From the NCBI RefSeq assembly GCF_009914755.1, contig NC_060929.1: a stretch of DNA of 64,000 bases; one strand, 5' to 3'. The notes below the pieces were generated by a model. The model was given only the letters and a program-made list of their open reading frames with translations, had not been told where the DNA came from and ran no database searches. A program made the position numbers and the translations under genes. How positions within the stretch are numbered: position 1 is the stretch's first letter; each line of letters opens with the position of its first letter. This stretch comes from the human T2T-CHM13v2.0 reference genome, Homo sapiens. Of this stretch, positions 14,348 to 28,272 are shown piece after piece.

Positions 14348-17300
14348 GAATTCCCAGTAACTTCCTTGTGTTGTGTACATTCAACTCACAGAGTTGAACG
14401 TTCCCTTAGACAGAGCAGATTTGAAACACACTTTTTGTGCAATTGGCAAGTGGAGATTTCAAGCGCTTTAAGGTCAATGGCAGAAAAGCAAATATCTTCG
14501 TTTCAAAACTAGACAGAATCATTCCCACAAACTGCGTTGTGATGTGTTCGTTCATCTCACAGAGTTTAACCTTTCTTTTCATAGAGCAGTTAGGAAACAC
14601 TCTGTTTGTAAATTCTGTAAGTGGATATTCTGACATCTTGTGGCCTTCGTTGGAAACGGGATTTCTTCATATTCTGCTAGACAGAAGAATTCTCAGAATC
14701 TTCCTTGTGTTGTGTGTATTCAACTCACACAGTTGAACGATGGTTTACACAGAGCAGATTTGAAACACTCTTTTTGTGGAATTTGCAAGTGGAGATTTCA
14801 GCCGCTTTGAGGTCAATTGTAGAAAAGGAAATATCTTCGTATAAAAACTAGACAGAATGATTCTCAGAAACTTCTTTGTGATGTGTGCGTTCAACTCACA
14901 GAGTTTAACCTTTCTTTTCATAGAGCAGTTAGGAAACACTCTGTTTGTAAACTCTGCAAGTGGATATTCAGACCTCTTTGAGGCCTTCGTTGGAAACGGG
15001 ATTTCTTCATACTGTGCTAGACAGAAGAATTCTCAGTAACTTCCTTGTGTTGTGTGTATTCAACTCACAGAGTTGAACGATCCTTTACACAGAGCAGACT
15101 TGAAACACTCTTTTTGTGGAATTTGCAAGTGGAGATTTCAGCCGCGTTGAGGTCAATGGTAGAAAAGGAAATATCTTCGTATAAAAACTAGACAGAATGA
15201 TTCTCAGAAACTCCTTTGAGATGTGTGTGTTCAACTCACAGAGTTTAACCTTTCTTTTCATAGAGCAGTTAGGAATCACTCTGTTTGTAAAGTCTGCAAG
15301 TGGATATTCAGACCTCTTTGAGGCCTTCGTTGGAAACGGGTTTTTTTCATATAAGGCTAGACAGAAGAATTCCCAGTAACTTCCTTGTGTTGTGTGTGTT
15401 CAACTCACAGAGTTGAACTTTCATTTACACAGAGCAGATTTGAAACACTCTTTTTGTGGAATTTGCAAATGGAGATTTCAAGCGCTTTGAGGCCAAAGGC
15501 AGAAAAGGAAATATGTTCGTATAAAAACTAGACAGAATCATTCTCAGAAACTGCTCTGCGATGTGTGCGTTCAACTCTCAGAGTTTAACTTTGCTTTTCA
15601 TTCAGCAGTTTGGAAACACTCTGTTTGTAAAGTCTGCACGTGGATAATTTGACCACTTAGAGGCCTTCGTTGGAAACGGGTTTTTTTCATGTAAGGCTAG
15701 ACAGAAGAATTCTCAGTAACTTCCTTGTGTTGTGTGTATTCAACTCACAGAGTTGAACGATCCTTTACACAGAGCAGACTTGTAACACTCTTTTTGTGGA
15801 ATTTGCAAGTGGAGATTTCAGCCGCTTTGAAGTCAAAGGTAGAAAAGGAAATATCTTCCTATAAAAACTACACAGAATTATTCTCAGAAACTCCTTTGTG
15901 ATGTGTGCGTTCAACTCACAGAGTTTAACCTTTCTTTTCATAGAGGAGTTAGGAAACACTCTGTTTGTAAAGTCTGCAAGTGGATATTCAGACCTCTTTG
16001 AGGCCTTCGTTGGAAACGGGTTTTTTTCATATAAGGCTAGACAGAAGAATTCCCAGTAACTTCCTTGTGTTGTGTGTGTTCAACTCACAGAGTTGAACTT
16101 TCATTTACACAGAGCAGATTTGAAACACTCTTTTTGTGGAATTTGCAATTGGAGATTTCAAGCGCTTTGAGGCCAAAGGCAGAAAAGGAAATATCTTCGT
16201 ATAAAAACTAGACAGAATCATTCTCAGAAACTGCTCTGTGATGTGTGCGTTCAACTCTCAGAGTTTAACTTTTCTTTTCATTCAGCAGTTTGGAAACACT
16301 CTGTTTGTAAAGTCTGCACGTGGATAATTTGACCACTTAGAGGCCTTCATTGGAAACGGGTTTTTTTCATGTAAGGCTAGACAGAAGAGTTCTCAGTAAC
16401 TTCCTTGCGTTGTGTGTATTCAACTCACACAGTTGAACGATCCTTTACAGAGAGCAGACTTGTAACACTCTTTTTGTGGAATTTGCAAGTGGAGATTTCA
16501 GCCGCTTTGAAGTCAAAGTAGAAAAGGAAATATCTTCCTATAAAAACTAGACAGAATGATTCTCAGAAACTCCTTTGTGATGTGTGCGTTCAACTCACAG
16601 AGTTTAACCTTTCTTTTCATAGAGCAGTTAGGAAACACTCTGTTTGTAAAGTCTGCAAGTGGATATTCAGACCTCTTTGAGGCCTTCGTTGGAAACGGGT
16701 TTTTTTCATATAAGGCTAGACAGAAGAATTCCCAGTAACTTCCTTGTGTTGTGTGTGTTCAACTCACAGAGTTGAACTTTCATTTACACAGAGCAGATTT
16801 GAAACACTCTTTTTGTGGAATTTGCAGGTGGAGATTTCAAGCGCTTTGAGGCCAAAGGCAGAAAAGGAAATATCTTCGTATAAAAACTAGACAGAATCAT
16901 TCTCAGAAACTGCTCTGCGATGTGTGCGTTCAACTCTCAGAGTTTAACTTTTCTTTTCATTCAGCAGTTTGGAAACACTCTGTTTGTAAAGTCTTCACGT
17001 GGATAATTTGACCACTTAGAGGCCTTCGTTGGAAACGGGTTTTTTCATGTAAGGCTAGACAGAAGAATTCTCAGTAACTTCCTTGTGTTGTGTGTATTCA
17101 ACTCACAGAGTTGAACGATCCTTTACACAGAGCAGACTTGTAACACTCTTTTTGTGGAATTTGCAAGTGGAGATTTCAGCCGCTTTGAAGTCAAAGGCAG
17201 AAAAGGAAATATCTTCCTATAAAAACTAGATAGAATGATTCTCAGAAACTCCTTTGTGATGTGTGCGTTCAACTCACAGAGTTTAACCTTTCTTTTCATA

Positions 17301-20300
17301 GAGCAGTTAGGAAACACTCTGCTTGTAAAGTCTGCAAGTGGATATTCAGCCCTCTTTGAGGCCTTCGTTGGAAACGGGTTTTTTTCATATAAGGCTAGAC
17401 AGAAGAATTCCCAGTAACTTCCTTGTGTTGTGTGTGTTCAACTCACAGAGTTGAACTTTGATTTACACAGAGCAGATTTGAAACACTCTTTTTGTGGAAT
17501 TTGCAAGTGGAGATTTCAAGCGCTTTGAGGCCAAAGGCAGAAAAGGAAATATCTTCGTATAAAAACTAGACAGAATCATTCTCAGAAACTGCTCTGCGAT
17601 GTGTGCGTTCAACTCTCAGAGTTTAACTTTTCTTTTCATTCAGCAGTTTGGAAACACTCTGTTTGTAAAGTCTGCACGTGGATATTTTGACCACTTAGAG
17701 GCCTTCGTTGGAAACGGGTTTTTTTCCTGTAAGGCTAGACAGAAGAATTCCCAGTAACTTCCTTGTGTTGTGTACATTCAACTCACAGAGTTGAACGTTC
17801 CCTTAGACAGAGCAGATTTGAAACACTCTTTTTGTGCAATTGGCAAGTGGAGATTTCAAGCGCTTTGAGGTCAATGGCAGAAAAGGAAATATCTTCGTTT
17901 CAAAACTAGACAGAATCATTCCCACAAACTGCGTTGTGATGTGTTCGTTCAACTCACAGAGTTTAACCTTTCTTTTCATAGAGCAGTTAGGAAACAGTCT
18001 GTTTGAAAATTCTGTAAGGGGATATTCTGACATCTTGTGGCCTTCGTTGGAAACGGGATTTCTTCATATTCTGCTAGACAGAAGAATTCTCAGAATCTTC
18101 CTTGTGTTGTGTGTATTCAACTCACAGAGTTGAACGATAGTTTACACAGAGCAGATTTGAAACACTCATTTGGTGGAATTTGCAAGTGGAGATTTCAGCC
18201 GCTTTGAGGTCAATGGTAGAAAAGGAAATATCTTCGTATAACAACCAGACAGAATGATTCTCAGAAACTTCTTTGTGATGTGTGTGTTCAACTCACAGTG
18301 TTTAACCTTTCTTTTCATAGAGCAGTTAGGAAACACTGTGTTTTTAAACTCTGCAAGTGGATATTCAGACCTCTTTGAGGCCTTCGTTGGAAACGGGTTT
18401 CTTCATACTGTGCTAGACAGAAGAATTCTCAGTAACTTCCTTGTGTTGTGTGTATTCAACTCACAGAGTTGAACGATCCTTTACACAGAGCAGACTTGAA
18501 ACACCCTTTTTGTGGAATTTGCAAGTGGAGATTTCAGCCGCGTTGAGGTCAATGGTAGAAAAGGAAATATCTTCGTATAAAAACTAGACAGAATGATTCT
18601 CAGAAACTCCTTTGTGATGTGTGTGTTCAACTCACAGAGTTTAACCTTTCTTTTCATAGAGCAGTTAGGAATCACTCTGTTTGTAAAGTCTGCAAGTGGA
18701 TATTCAGACCTCTTTGAGGCCTTCGTTGGAAACGGGTTTTTTTCATATAAGGCTAGACAGAAGAATTCCCAGTAACTTCCTTGTGTTGTGTGTGTTCAAC
18801 TCACAGAGTTGAACTTTCATTTACACAGAGCAGATTTGAAACACTCTTTTTGTGGAATTTGCAAATGGAGATTTCAAGCGCTTTGAGGCCAAAGGCAGAA
18901 AAGGAAATATCTTCGTATAAAAACTAGACAGAATCATTCTCAGAAACTGCTCTGCGATGTGTGCGTTCAACTCTCAGAGTTTAACTTTGCTTTTCATTCA
19001 GCAGTTTGGAAACACTCTGTTTGTAAAGTCTGCACGTGGATAATTTGACCACTTAGAGGCCTTCGTTGGAAACGGGTTTTTTTCATGTAAGGCTAGACAG
19101 AAGAATTCTCAGTAACTTCCTTGTGTTGTGTGTATTCAACTCACAGAGTTGAACGATCCTTTACACAGAGCAGACTTGTAACACTCTTTTTGTGGAATTT
19201 GCAAGTGGAGATTTCAGCCGCTTTGAAGTCAAAGGTAGAAAAGGAAATATCTTCCTATAAAAACTACACAGAATTATTCTCAGAAACTCCTTTGTGATGT
19301 GTGCGTTCAACTCACAGAGTTTAACCTTTCTTTTCATAGAGGAGTTAGGAAACACTCTGTTTGTAAAGTCTGCAAGTGGATATTCAGACCTCTTTGAGGC
19401 CTTCGTTGGAAACGGGTTTTTTTCATATAAGGCTAGACAGAAGAATTCCCAGTAACTTCCTTGTGTTGTGTGTGTTCAACTCACAGAGTTGAACTTTCAT
19501 TTACACAGAGCAGATTTGAAACACTCTTTTTGTGGAATTTGCAAGTGGAGATTTCAAGCGCTTTGAGGCCAAAGGCAGAAAAGGAAATATCTTCGTATAA
19601 AAACTAGACAGAATCATTCTCAGAAACTGCTCTGTGATGTGTGCGTTCAACTCTCAGAGTTTAACTTTTCTTTTCATTCAGCAGTTTGGAAACACTCTGT
19701 TTGTAAAGTCTGCACGTGGATAATTTGACCACTTAGAGGCCTTCGTTGGAAACGGGTTTTTTTCATGTAAGGCTAGACAGAAGAGTTCTCAGTAACTTCC
19801 TTGTGTTGTGTGTATTCAACTCACACAGTTGAACGATCCTTTACAGAGAGCAGACTTGTAACACTCTTTTTGTGGAATTTGCAAGTGGAGATTTCAGCCG
19901 CTTTGAAGTCAAAGTAGAACAGGAAATATCTTCCTATAAAAACTAGACAGAATGATTCTCAGAAACTCCTTTGTGATGTGTGCGTTCAACTCACAGAGTT
20001 TAACCTTTCTTTTCATAGAGCAGTTAGGAAACACTCTGTTTGTAAAGTCTGCAAGTGGATATTCAGACCTCTTTGAGGCCTTCGTTGGAAACGGGTTTTT
20101 TTCATATAAGGCTAGACAGAAGAATTCCCAGTAACTTCCTTGTGTTGTGTGTGTTCAACTCACAGAGTTGAACTTTCATTTACACAGAGCAGATTTGAAA
20201 CACTCTTTTTGTGGAATTTGCAGGTGGAGATTTCAAGCGCTTTGAGGCCAAAGGCAGAAAAGGAAATATCTTCGTATAAAAACTAGACAGAATCATTCTC

Positions 20301-23300
20301 AGAAACTGCTCTGCGATGTGTGCGTTCAACTCTCAGAGTTTAACTTTTCTTTTCATTCAGCAGTTTGGAAACACTCTGTTTGTAAAGTCTGCACGTGGAT
20401 AATTTGACCACTTAGAGGCCTTCGTTGGAAACGGGTTTTTTTCATGTAAGGCTAGACAGAAGAACTCTCAGTAACTTCCTTGTGTTGTGTGTATTCAACT
20501 CACAGAGTTGAACGATCCTTTACACAGAGCAGACTTGTAACACTCTTTTTGTGGAATTTGCAAGTGGAGATTTCAGCCGCTTTGAAGTCAAAGGTAGAAA
20601 AGGAAATATCTTCCTATAAAAACTAGACAGAATGATTCTCAGAAACTCCTTTGTGATGTGTGCGTTCAACTCACAGAGTTTAACCTTTCTTTTCATAGAG
20701 CAGTTAGGAAACACTCTGCTTGTAAAGTCTGCAAGTGGATATTCAGCCCTCTTTGAGGCCTTCGTTGGAAACGGGTTTTTTTCATATAAGGCTAGACAGA
20801 AGAATTCCCAGTAACTTCCTTGTGTTGTGTGTGTTCAACTCACAGAGTTGAACTTTGATTTACACAGAGCAGATTTGAAACACTCTTTTTGTGGAATTTG
20901 CAAGTGGAGATTTCAAGCGCTTTGAGGCCAAAGGCAGAAAAGGAAATATCTTCGTATAAAAACTAGACAGAATCATTCTCAGTAACTGCTCTGCGATGTG
21001 TGCGTTCAACTCTCAGAGTTTAACTTTTCTTTTCATTCAGCAGTTTGGAAACACTCTGTTTGTAAAGTCTGCACGTGGATATTTTGACCACTTAGAGGCC
21101 TTCGTTGGAATCGGGTTTTTTTCCTGTAAGGCTAGACAGAAGAATTCCCAGTAACTTCCTTGTGTTGTGCACATTCAACTCACAGAGTTGAACGTTCCCT
21201 TAGACAGAGCAGATTTGAAACACTCTTTTTGTGCAATTGGCAAGTGGAGATTTCAAGCGCTTTGAGGTCAATGGCAGAAAAGGAAATATCTTCGTTTCAA
21301 AATTAGACAGAATCATTCCCACAAACAGCGTTGTGATGTGTTCGTTCAACTCACAGAGTTTAACCTTTCTTTTCATAGAGCAGTTAGGAAACAGTCTGTT
21401 TGAAAATTCTGTAAGTGGATATTCTGACATCTTGTGGCCTTCGTTGGAAACGGGATTTCTTCATATTCTGCTAGACAGAAGAATTCTCAGAATCTTCCTT
21501 GTGTTGTGTGTATTCAACTCACAGAGTTGAACGATCGTTTACACAGAGCAGATTTGAAACACTCATTTGGTGGAATTTGCAAGTGGAGATTTCAGCCGCT
21601 TTGAGGTCAATGGTAGAAAAGGAAATATCTTCGTATAACAACTAGACAGAATGATTCTCAGAAACTTCTTTGTGATGTGTGTGTTCAACTCACAGTGTTT
21701 AACCTTTCTTTTCATAGAGCAGTTAGGAAACACTGTGTTTTTAAACTCTGCAAGTGGATATTCAGACCTCTTTGAGGCCTTCGTTGGAAACGGGTTTCTT
21801 CATACTGTGCTAGACAGAAGAATTCTCAGTAACTTCCTTGTGTTGTGTGTATTCAACTCACAGAGTTGAACGATCCTTTACACAGAGCAGACTTGAAACA
21901 CTCTTTTTGTGGAATTTGCAAGTGGAGATTTCAGCCGCGTTGAGGTCAATGGTAGAAAAGGAAATATCTTCGTATAAAAACTAGACAGAATGATTCTCAG
22001 AAACTCCTTTGTGATGTGTGTGTTCAACTCACAGAGTTTAACATTTCTTTTCATAGAGCAGTTAGGAAACACTCTGTTTGTAAAGTCTGCAAGTGGATAT
22101 TCAGACCTCTTTGAGGCCTTCGTTGGAAACGGGTTTTTTTCATATAAGGCTAGACAGAAGAATTCCCAGTAACTTCCTTGTGTTGTGTGTGTTCAACTCA
22201 CAGAGTTGAACTTTCATTTACACAGAGCAGATTTGAAACACTCTTTTTGTGGAATTTGCAGGTGGAGATTTCAAGCGCTTTGAGGCCAAAGGCAGAAAAG
22301 GAAATATCTTCGTATAAAAACTAGACAGAATCATTCTCAGAAACTGCTCTGCGATGTGTGCGTTCAACTCTCAGAGTTTAACTTTTCTTTTCATTCAGCA
22401 GTTTGGAAACACTCTGTTTGTAAAGTCTGCACGTGGATAATTTGACCACTTAGAGGCCTTCCTTGGAAACGGGTTTTTTTCATGTAAGGCTAGACAGAAG
22501 AATTCTCAGTAACTTCCTTGTGTTGTGTGTATTCAACTCACAGAGTTGAACGATCCTTTACACAGAGCAGACTTGTAACACTCTTTTTGTGGAATTTGCA
22601 AGTGGAGATTTCAGCCGCTTTGAAGTCAAAGGTAGAAAAGGAAATATCTTCCTATAAAAACTAGACAGAATGATTCTCAGAAACTCCTTTGTGATGTGTA
22701 CGTTCAACTCACAGAGTTTAACCTTTCTTTTCATAGAGCAGTTAGGAAACACTCTGTTTGTAAAGTCTGCAAGTGGATATTGAGACCTCTTTGAGGCCTT
22801 CGTTGGAAACGGGTTTTTTTCATATAAGGCTAGACAGAAGGATTCCCAGTAACTTCCTTGTGTTGTGTGTGTTCAACTCACAGAGTTGAACTTTCATTTA
22901 CAAAGAGCAGATTTGAAACACTCTTTTTGTGGAATTTGCAAGTGGAGATTTCAAGCGCTTTGAGGCCAAAGGCAGAAAAGGAAATATCTTCGTATAAAAA
23001 CTAGACAGAATCATTCTCAGAAACTGCTCTGCGATGTGTGCGTTCAACTCTCAGAGTTTAACTTTTCTTTTCATTCAGCAGTTTGGAAACACTCTGTTTT
23101 TAAAGTCTGCACGTGGATAATTTGACCACTTAGAGGCCTTCGTTGGAAACGGGTTTTTTTCATGTAAGGCTAGACAGAAGAATTCTCAGTAACTTCCTTG
23201 TGTTGTGTGTATTCAACTCACAGAGTTGAACGATCCTTTACACAGAGCAGACTTGTAACACTCTTTTTGTGGAATTTGCAAGTGGAGATTTCAGCCGCTT

Positions 23301-23859
23301 TGAAGTCAAAGGTAGAAAAGGAAATATCTTCCTATAAAAACTAGACAGAATGATTCTCAGAAACTCCTTTGTGATGTGTGCATTCAACTCACAGAGTTTA
23401 ACCTTTCTTTTCATAGAGCAGTTAGGAAACACTCTGCTTGTAAAGTCTGCAAGTGGATATTCAGCCCTCTTTGAGGCCTTCGTTGGAAACGGGTTTTTTT
23501 CATATAAGGCTAGACAGAAGAATTCCCAGTAACTTCCTTGTGTTGTGTGTGTTCAACTCACAGAGTTGAACTTTCATTTACACAGAGCAGATTTGAAACA
23601 CTCTTTTTGTGGAATTTGCAAGTGGAGATTTCAAGCGCTTTGAGGCCAAAGGCAGAAAAGGAAATATCTTCGTTTAAAAACTAGACAGAATCATTCTCAG
23701 AAACTGCTCTGCGATGTGTGCGTTCAACTCTCAGAGTTTAACTTTTCTTTTCATTCAGCAGTTTGGAAACACTCTGTTTGTAAAGTCTGCACGTGGATAT
23801 TTTGACCACTTAGAGGCCTTCGTTGGAAACGGGTTTTTTTCCTGTAAGGCTAGACAGAA

Positions 23860-25558
23860 GAATTCCCAGTAACTTCCTTGTGTTGTGTACATTCAACTCA
23901 CAGAGTTGAACGTTCCCTTAGACAGAGCAGATTTGAAACACTCTTTTTGTGCAATTGGCAAGTGGAGATTTCAAGCGCTTTAAGGTCAATGGCAGAAAAG
24001 GAAATATCTTCGTTTCAAAACTAGACAGAATCATTCCCACAAACTGCGTTGTGATGTGTTCGTTCATCTCACAGAGTTTAACCTTTCTTTTCATAGAGCA
24101 GTTAGGAAACAGTCTGTTTGTAAATTCTGTAAGTGGATATTCTGACATCTTGTGGCCTTCGTTGGAAACGGGATTTCTTCATATTCTGCTAGACAGAAGA
24201 ATTCTCAGAATCTTCCTTGTGTTGTGTGTATTCAACTCACACAGTTGAACGATGGTTTACACAGAGCAGATTTGAAACACTCTTTTTGTGGAATTTGCAA
24301 GTGGAGATTTCAGCCGCTTTGAGGTCAATGGTAGAAAAGGAAATATCTTCCTATAAAAACTAGACAGAATGATTCTCAGAAACTCCTTTGTGATGTGTGC
24401 GTTCAACTCACAGAGTTTAACCTTTCTTTTCATAGAGCAGTTAGGAAACACTCTGTTTGTAAAGTCTGCAAGTGGATATTCAGACCTCTTTGAGGCCTTC
24501 GTTGGAAACGGGTTTTTTTCATATAAGGCTAGACAGAAGAATTCCCAGTAACTTCCTTGTGTTGTGTGTGTTCAACTCACAGAGTTGAACTTTCATTTAC
24601 ACAGAGCAGATTTGAAACACTCTTTTTGTGGAATTTGCAGGTGGAGATTTCAAGCGCTTTGAGGCCAAAGGCAGAAAAGGAAATATCTTCGTATAAAAAC
24701 TAGACAGAATCATTCTCAGAAACTGCTCTGCGATGTGTGCGTTCAACTCTCAGAGTTTAACTTTTCTTTTCATTCAGCAGTTTGGAAACACTCTGTTTGT
24801 AAAGTCTGCACGTGGATAATTTGACCACTTAGAGGCCTTCGTTGGAAACGGGTTTTTTTCATGTAAGGCTAGACAGAAGAATTCTCAGTAACTTCCTTGT
24901 GTTGTGTGTATTCAACTCACAGAGTTGAACGATCCTTTACACAGAGCAGACTTGGAACACTCTTTTTGTGGAATTTGCAAGTGGAGATTTCAGCCGCGTT
25001 GAGGTCAATGGTAGAAAAGGAAATATCTTCGTATAAAAACTAGACAGAATGATTCTCAGAAACTCCTTTGAGATGTGTGTGTTCAACTTACAGAGTTTAA
25101 CCTTTCTTTTCATAGAGCAGTTAGGAATCACTCTGTTTGTAAAGTCTGCAAGTGGATATTCAGACCTCTTTGAGGCCTTCGTTGGAAACGGGTTTTTTTC
25201 ATATAAGGCTAGACAGAAGAATTCCCAGTAACTTCCTTGTGTTGTGTGTGTTCAACTCACAGAGTTGAACTTTCATTTACACAGGGCAGATTTGAAACAC
25301 TCTTTTTGTGGAATTTGCAAATGGAGGTTTCAAGCGCTTTGAGGCCAAAGGCAGAAAAGGAAATATCTTCGTATAAAAACTAGACAGAATCATTCTCAGA
25401 AAGTGCTCTGCGATGTGTGCGTTCAACTCTCAGAGTTTAACTTTTCTTTTCATTCAGCAGTTTGGAAACACTCTGTTTGTAAAGTCTGCACGTGGATATT
25501 TTGACCACTTAGAGGCCTTCGTTGGAAACGGGTTTTTTTCCTGTAAGGCTAGACAGAA
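23860..25558 (+). repeat. 10-monomer HOR variant (1699 bp), C-(D/A hybrid)-B-E-B'
   Basis: C-dimer ORF starts are 23949 and 25648, a difference of 1699. Confidence 0.82.
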
Positions 25559-28272
25559 GAATTCCCAGTAACTTCCTTGTCTTGTGTACATTCAACTCAC
25601 AGAGTTGAACGTTCCCTTAGACAGAGCAGATTTGAAACACTCTTTTTGTGCAATTGGCAAGTGGAGATTTCAAGCGCTTTAAGGTCAATGGCAGAAAAGG
25701 AAATATCTTCGTTTCAAAACTAGAGAGAATCATTCCCAAAAACTGCGTTGTGATGTGTTCGTTCATCTCACAGAGTTTAACCTTTCTTTTCATACAGCAG
25801 TTAGGAAACAGTCTGTTTGTAAATTCTGTAAGTGGATATTCTGACATCTTGTGGCCTTCGTTGGAAACGGGATTTCTTCATATTCTGCTAGACAGAAGAA
25901 TTCTCAGAATCTTCCTTGTGTTGTGTGTATTCAACTCACAGAGTTGAACGATGGTTTACACAGAGCAGATTTGAAACACTCTTTTTGTGGAATTTGCAAG
26001 TGGAGATTTCAGCCGCTTTGAGGTCAATGGTAGAAAAGGAAATATCTTCGTATAAAAACTAGACAGAATGATTCTCAGAAACTTCTTTGTGATGTGTGCG
26101 TTCAACTCACAGAGTTTAACCTTTCTTTTCATAGAGCAGTTAGGAAACACTCTGTTTGTAAACTCTGCAAGTGGATATTCAGACCTCTTTGAGGCCTTCG
26201 TTGGAAACGGGATTTCTTCATACTGTGCTAGACAGAAGAATTCTCAGTAACTTCCTTGTGTTGTGTGTATTCAACTCACAGAGTTGACCGATCCTTTACA
26301 CAGAGCAGACTTGTAACACTCTTTTTGTGGAATTTGCAAGTGGAGATTTCAGCCGCTTTGAAGTCAAAGGTAGAAAAGGGAATATCTTCCTATAAAAACT
26401 AGACAGAATGATTCTCAGAAACTCCTTTGTGATGTGTGCGTTCAACTCACAGAGTTTAACCTTTCTTTTCATAGAGCAGTTAGGAAACACTCTGTTTCTA
26501 AAGTCTGCAAGTGGATATTCAGACCTCTTTGAGGCCTTCGTTGGAAACGGGTTTTTTTCATATAAGGCTAGAGAGAAGAATTCCCAGTAACTTCCTTGTG
26601 TTGTGTGTGTTCAACTCACAGAGTTGAACTTTCATTTACACAGAGCAGATTTGAAACACTCTTTTTGTGGAATTTGCAAGTGGAGATTTCAAGCGCTGTG
26701 AGGCCAAAGGCAGAAAAGGAAATATCTTCGTATAAAAACTAGACAGAATCATTCTCAGAAACTGCTCTGCGATGTGTGCGTTCAACTCTCAGAGTTTAAC
26801 TTTTCTTTTCATTCAGCAGTTTGGAAACACTCTGTTTGTAAAGTCTGCACGTGGATAATTTGACCACTTAGAGGCCTTCGTTGGAAACGGGTTTTTTTCA
26901 TGTAAGGCTAGACAGAAGAATTCTCAGTAACTTCCTTGTGTTGTGTGTATTCAACTCACACAGTTGAACGATCCTTTACACAGAGCAGACTTGTAACACT
27001 CTTTTTGTGGAATTTGCAAGTGGAGATTTCAGCCGCTTTGAAGTCAAATGTAGAAAAGGAAATATCTTCCTATAAAAACTAGACAGATTCTCAGAAACTC
27101 CTTTGTGATGTGTGCGTTCAACTCACAGAGTTTAACCTTTCTTTTCATAGAGCAGTTAGGAAACACTCTGTTTGTAAAGTCTGCAAGTGGATATTCAGAC
27201 CTCTTTGAGGCCTTCGTTGGAAACGGGTTTTTTTCATATAAGGCTAGACAGAAGAATTCCCAGTAACTTCCTTGTGTTGTGTGTGTTCAACTCACAGAGT
27301 TGAACTTTCATTTACACAGAGCAGATTTGAAACACTCTTTTTGTGGAATTTGCAAGTGGAGATTTCAAGCGCTTTGAGGCCAAAGGCAGAAAAGGAAATA
27401 TCTTCGTATAAAAACTAGACAGAATCATTCTCAGAAACTGCTCTGTGATATGTCCGTTCAACTCTCAGAGTTTAACTTTTCTTTTCATTCAGCAGTTTGG
27501 AAACACTCTGTTTGTAAAGTCTGCACGTGGATAATTTGACCACTTAGAGGCCTTCGTTGGAAATGGGTTTTTTTCATGTAAGGCTAGACAGAAGAGTTCT
27601 CAGTAACTTCCTTGTGTTGTGTGTATTCAACTCACACAGTTGAACGATCCTTTACAGAGAGCAGACTTGTAACACTCTTTTTGTGGAATTTGCAAGTGGA
27701 GATTTCAGCCGCTTTGAAGTCAAAGTAGAAAAGGAAATATCTTCCTATAAAAACTAGACAGAATGATTCTCAGAAACTCCTTTGTGATGTGTGCGTTCAA
27801 CTCACAGAGTTTAACCTTTCTTTTCATAGAGCAGTTAGGAAACACTCTGCTTGTAAAGTCTGCAAGTGGATATTCAGCCCTCTTTGAGGCCTTCGTTGGA
27901 AACGGGTTTTTTTCATATAAGGCTAGACAGAAGAATTCCCAGTAACTTCCTTGTGTTGTGTGTGTTCAACTCACAGAGTTGAACTTTCATTTACACAGAG
28001 CAGATTTGAAACACTCTTTTTGTGGAATTTGCAAGTGGAGATTTCAAGCGCTTTGAGGCCAAAGGCAGAAAAGGAAATATCTTCGTATAAAAACTAGACA
28101 GAATCATTCTCAGAAACTGCTCTGCGATGTGTGCGTTCAACTCTCAGAGTTTAACTTTTCTTTTCATTCAGCAGTTTGGAAACACTCTGTTTGTAAAGTC
28201 TGCACGTGGATATTTTGACCACTTAGAGGCCTTCGTTGGAAACGGGTTTTTTTCCTGTAAGGCTAGACAGAA

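Noticed and set aside
21100-21116. CENP-B box variants GGAATCGGG (21100) and CTTCGCTGG (54045, 61180), and the common terminal A>T
   Set aside because: The changes fall in non-essential positions, so I did not count them as inactivated.
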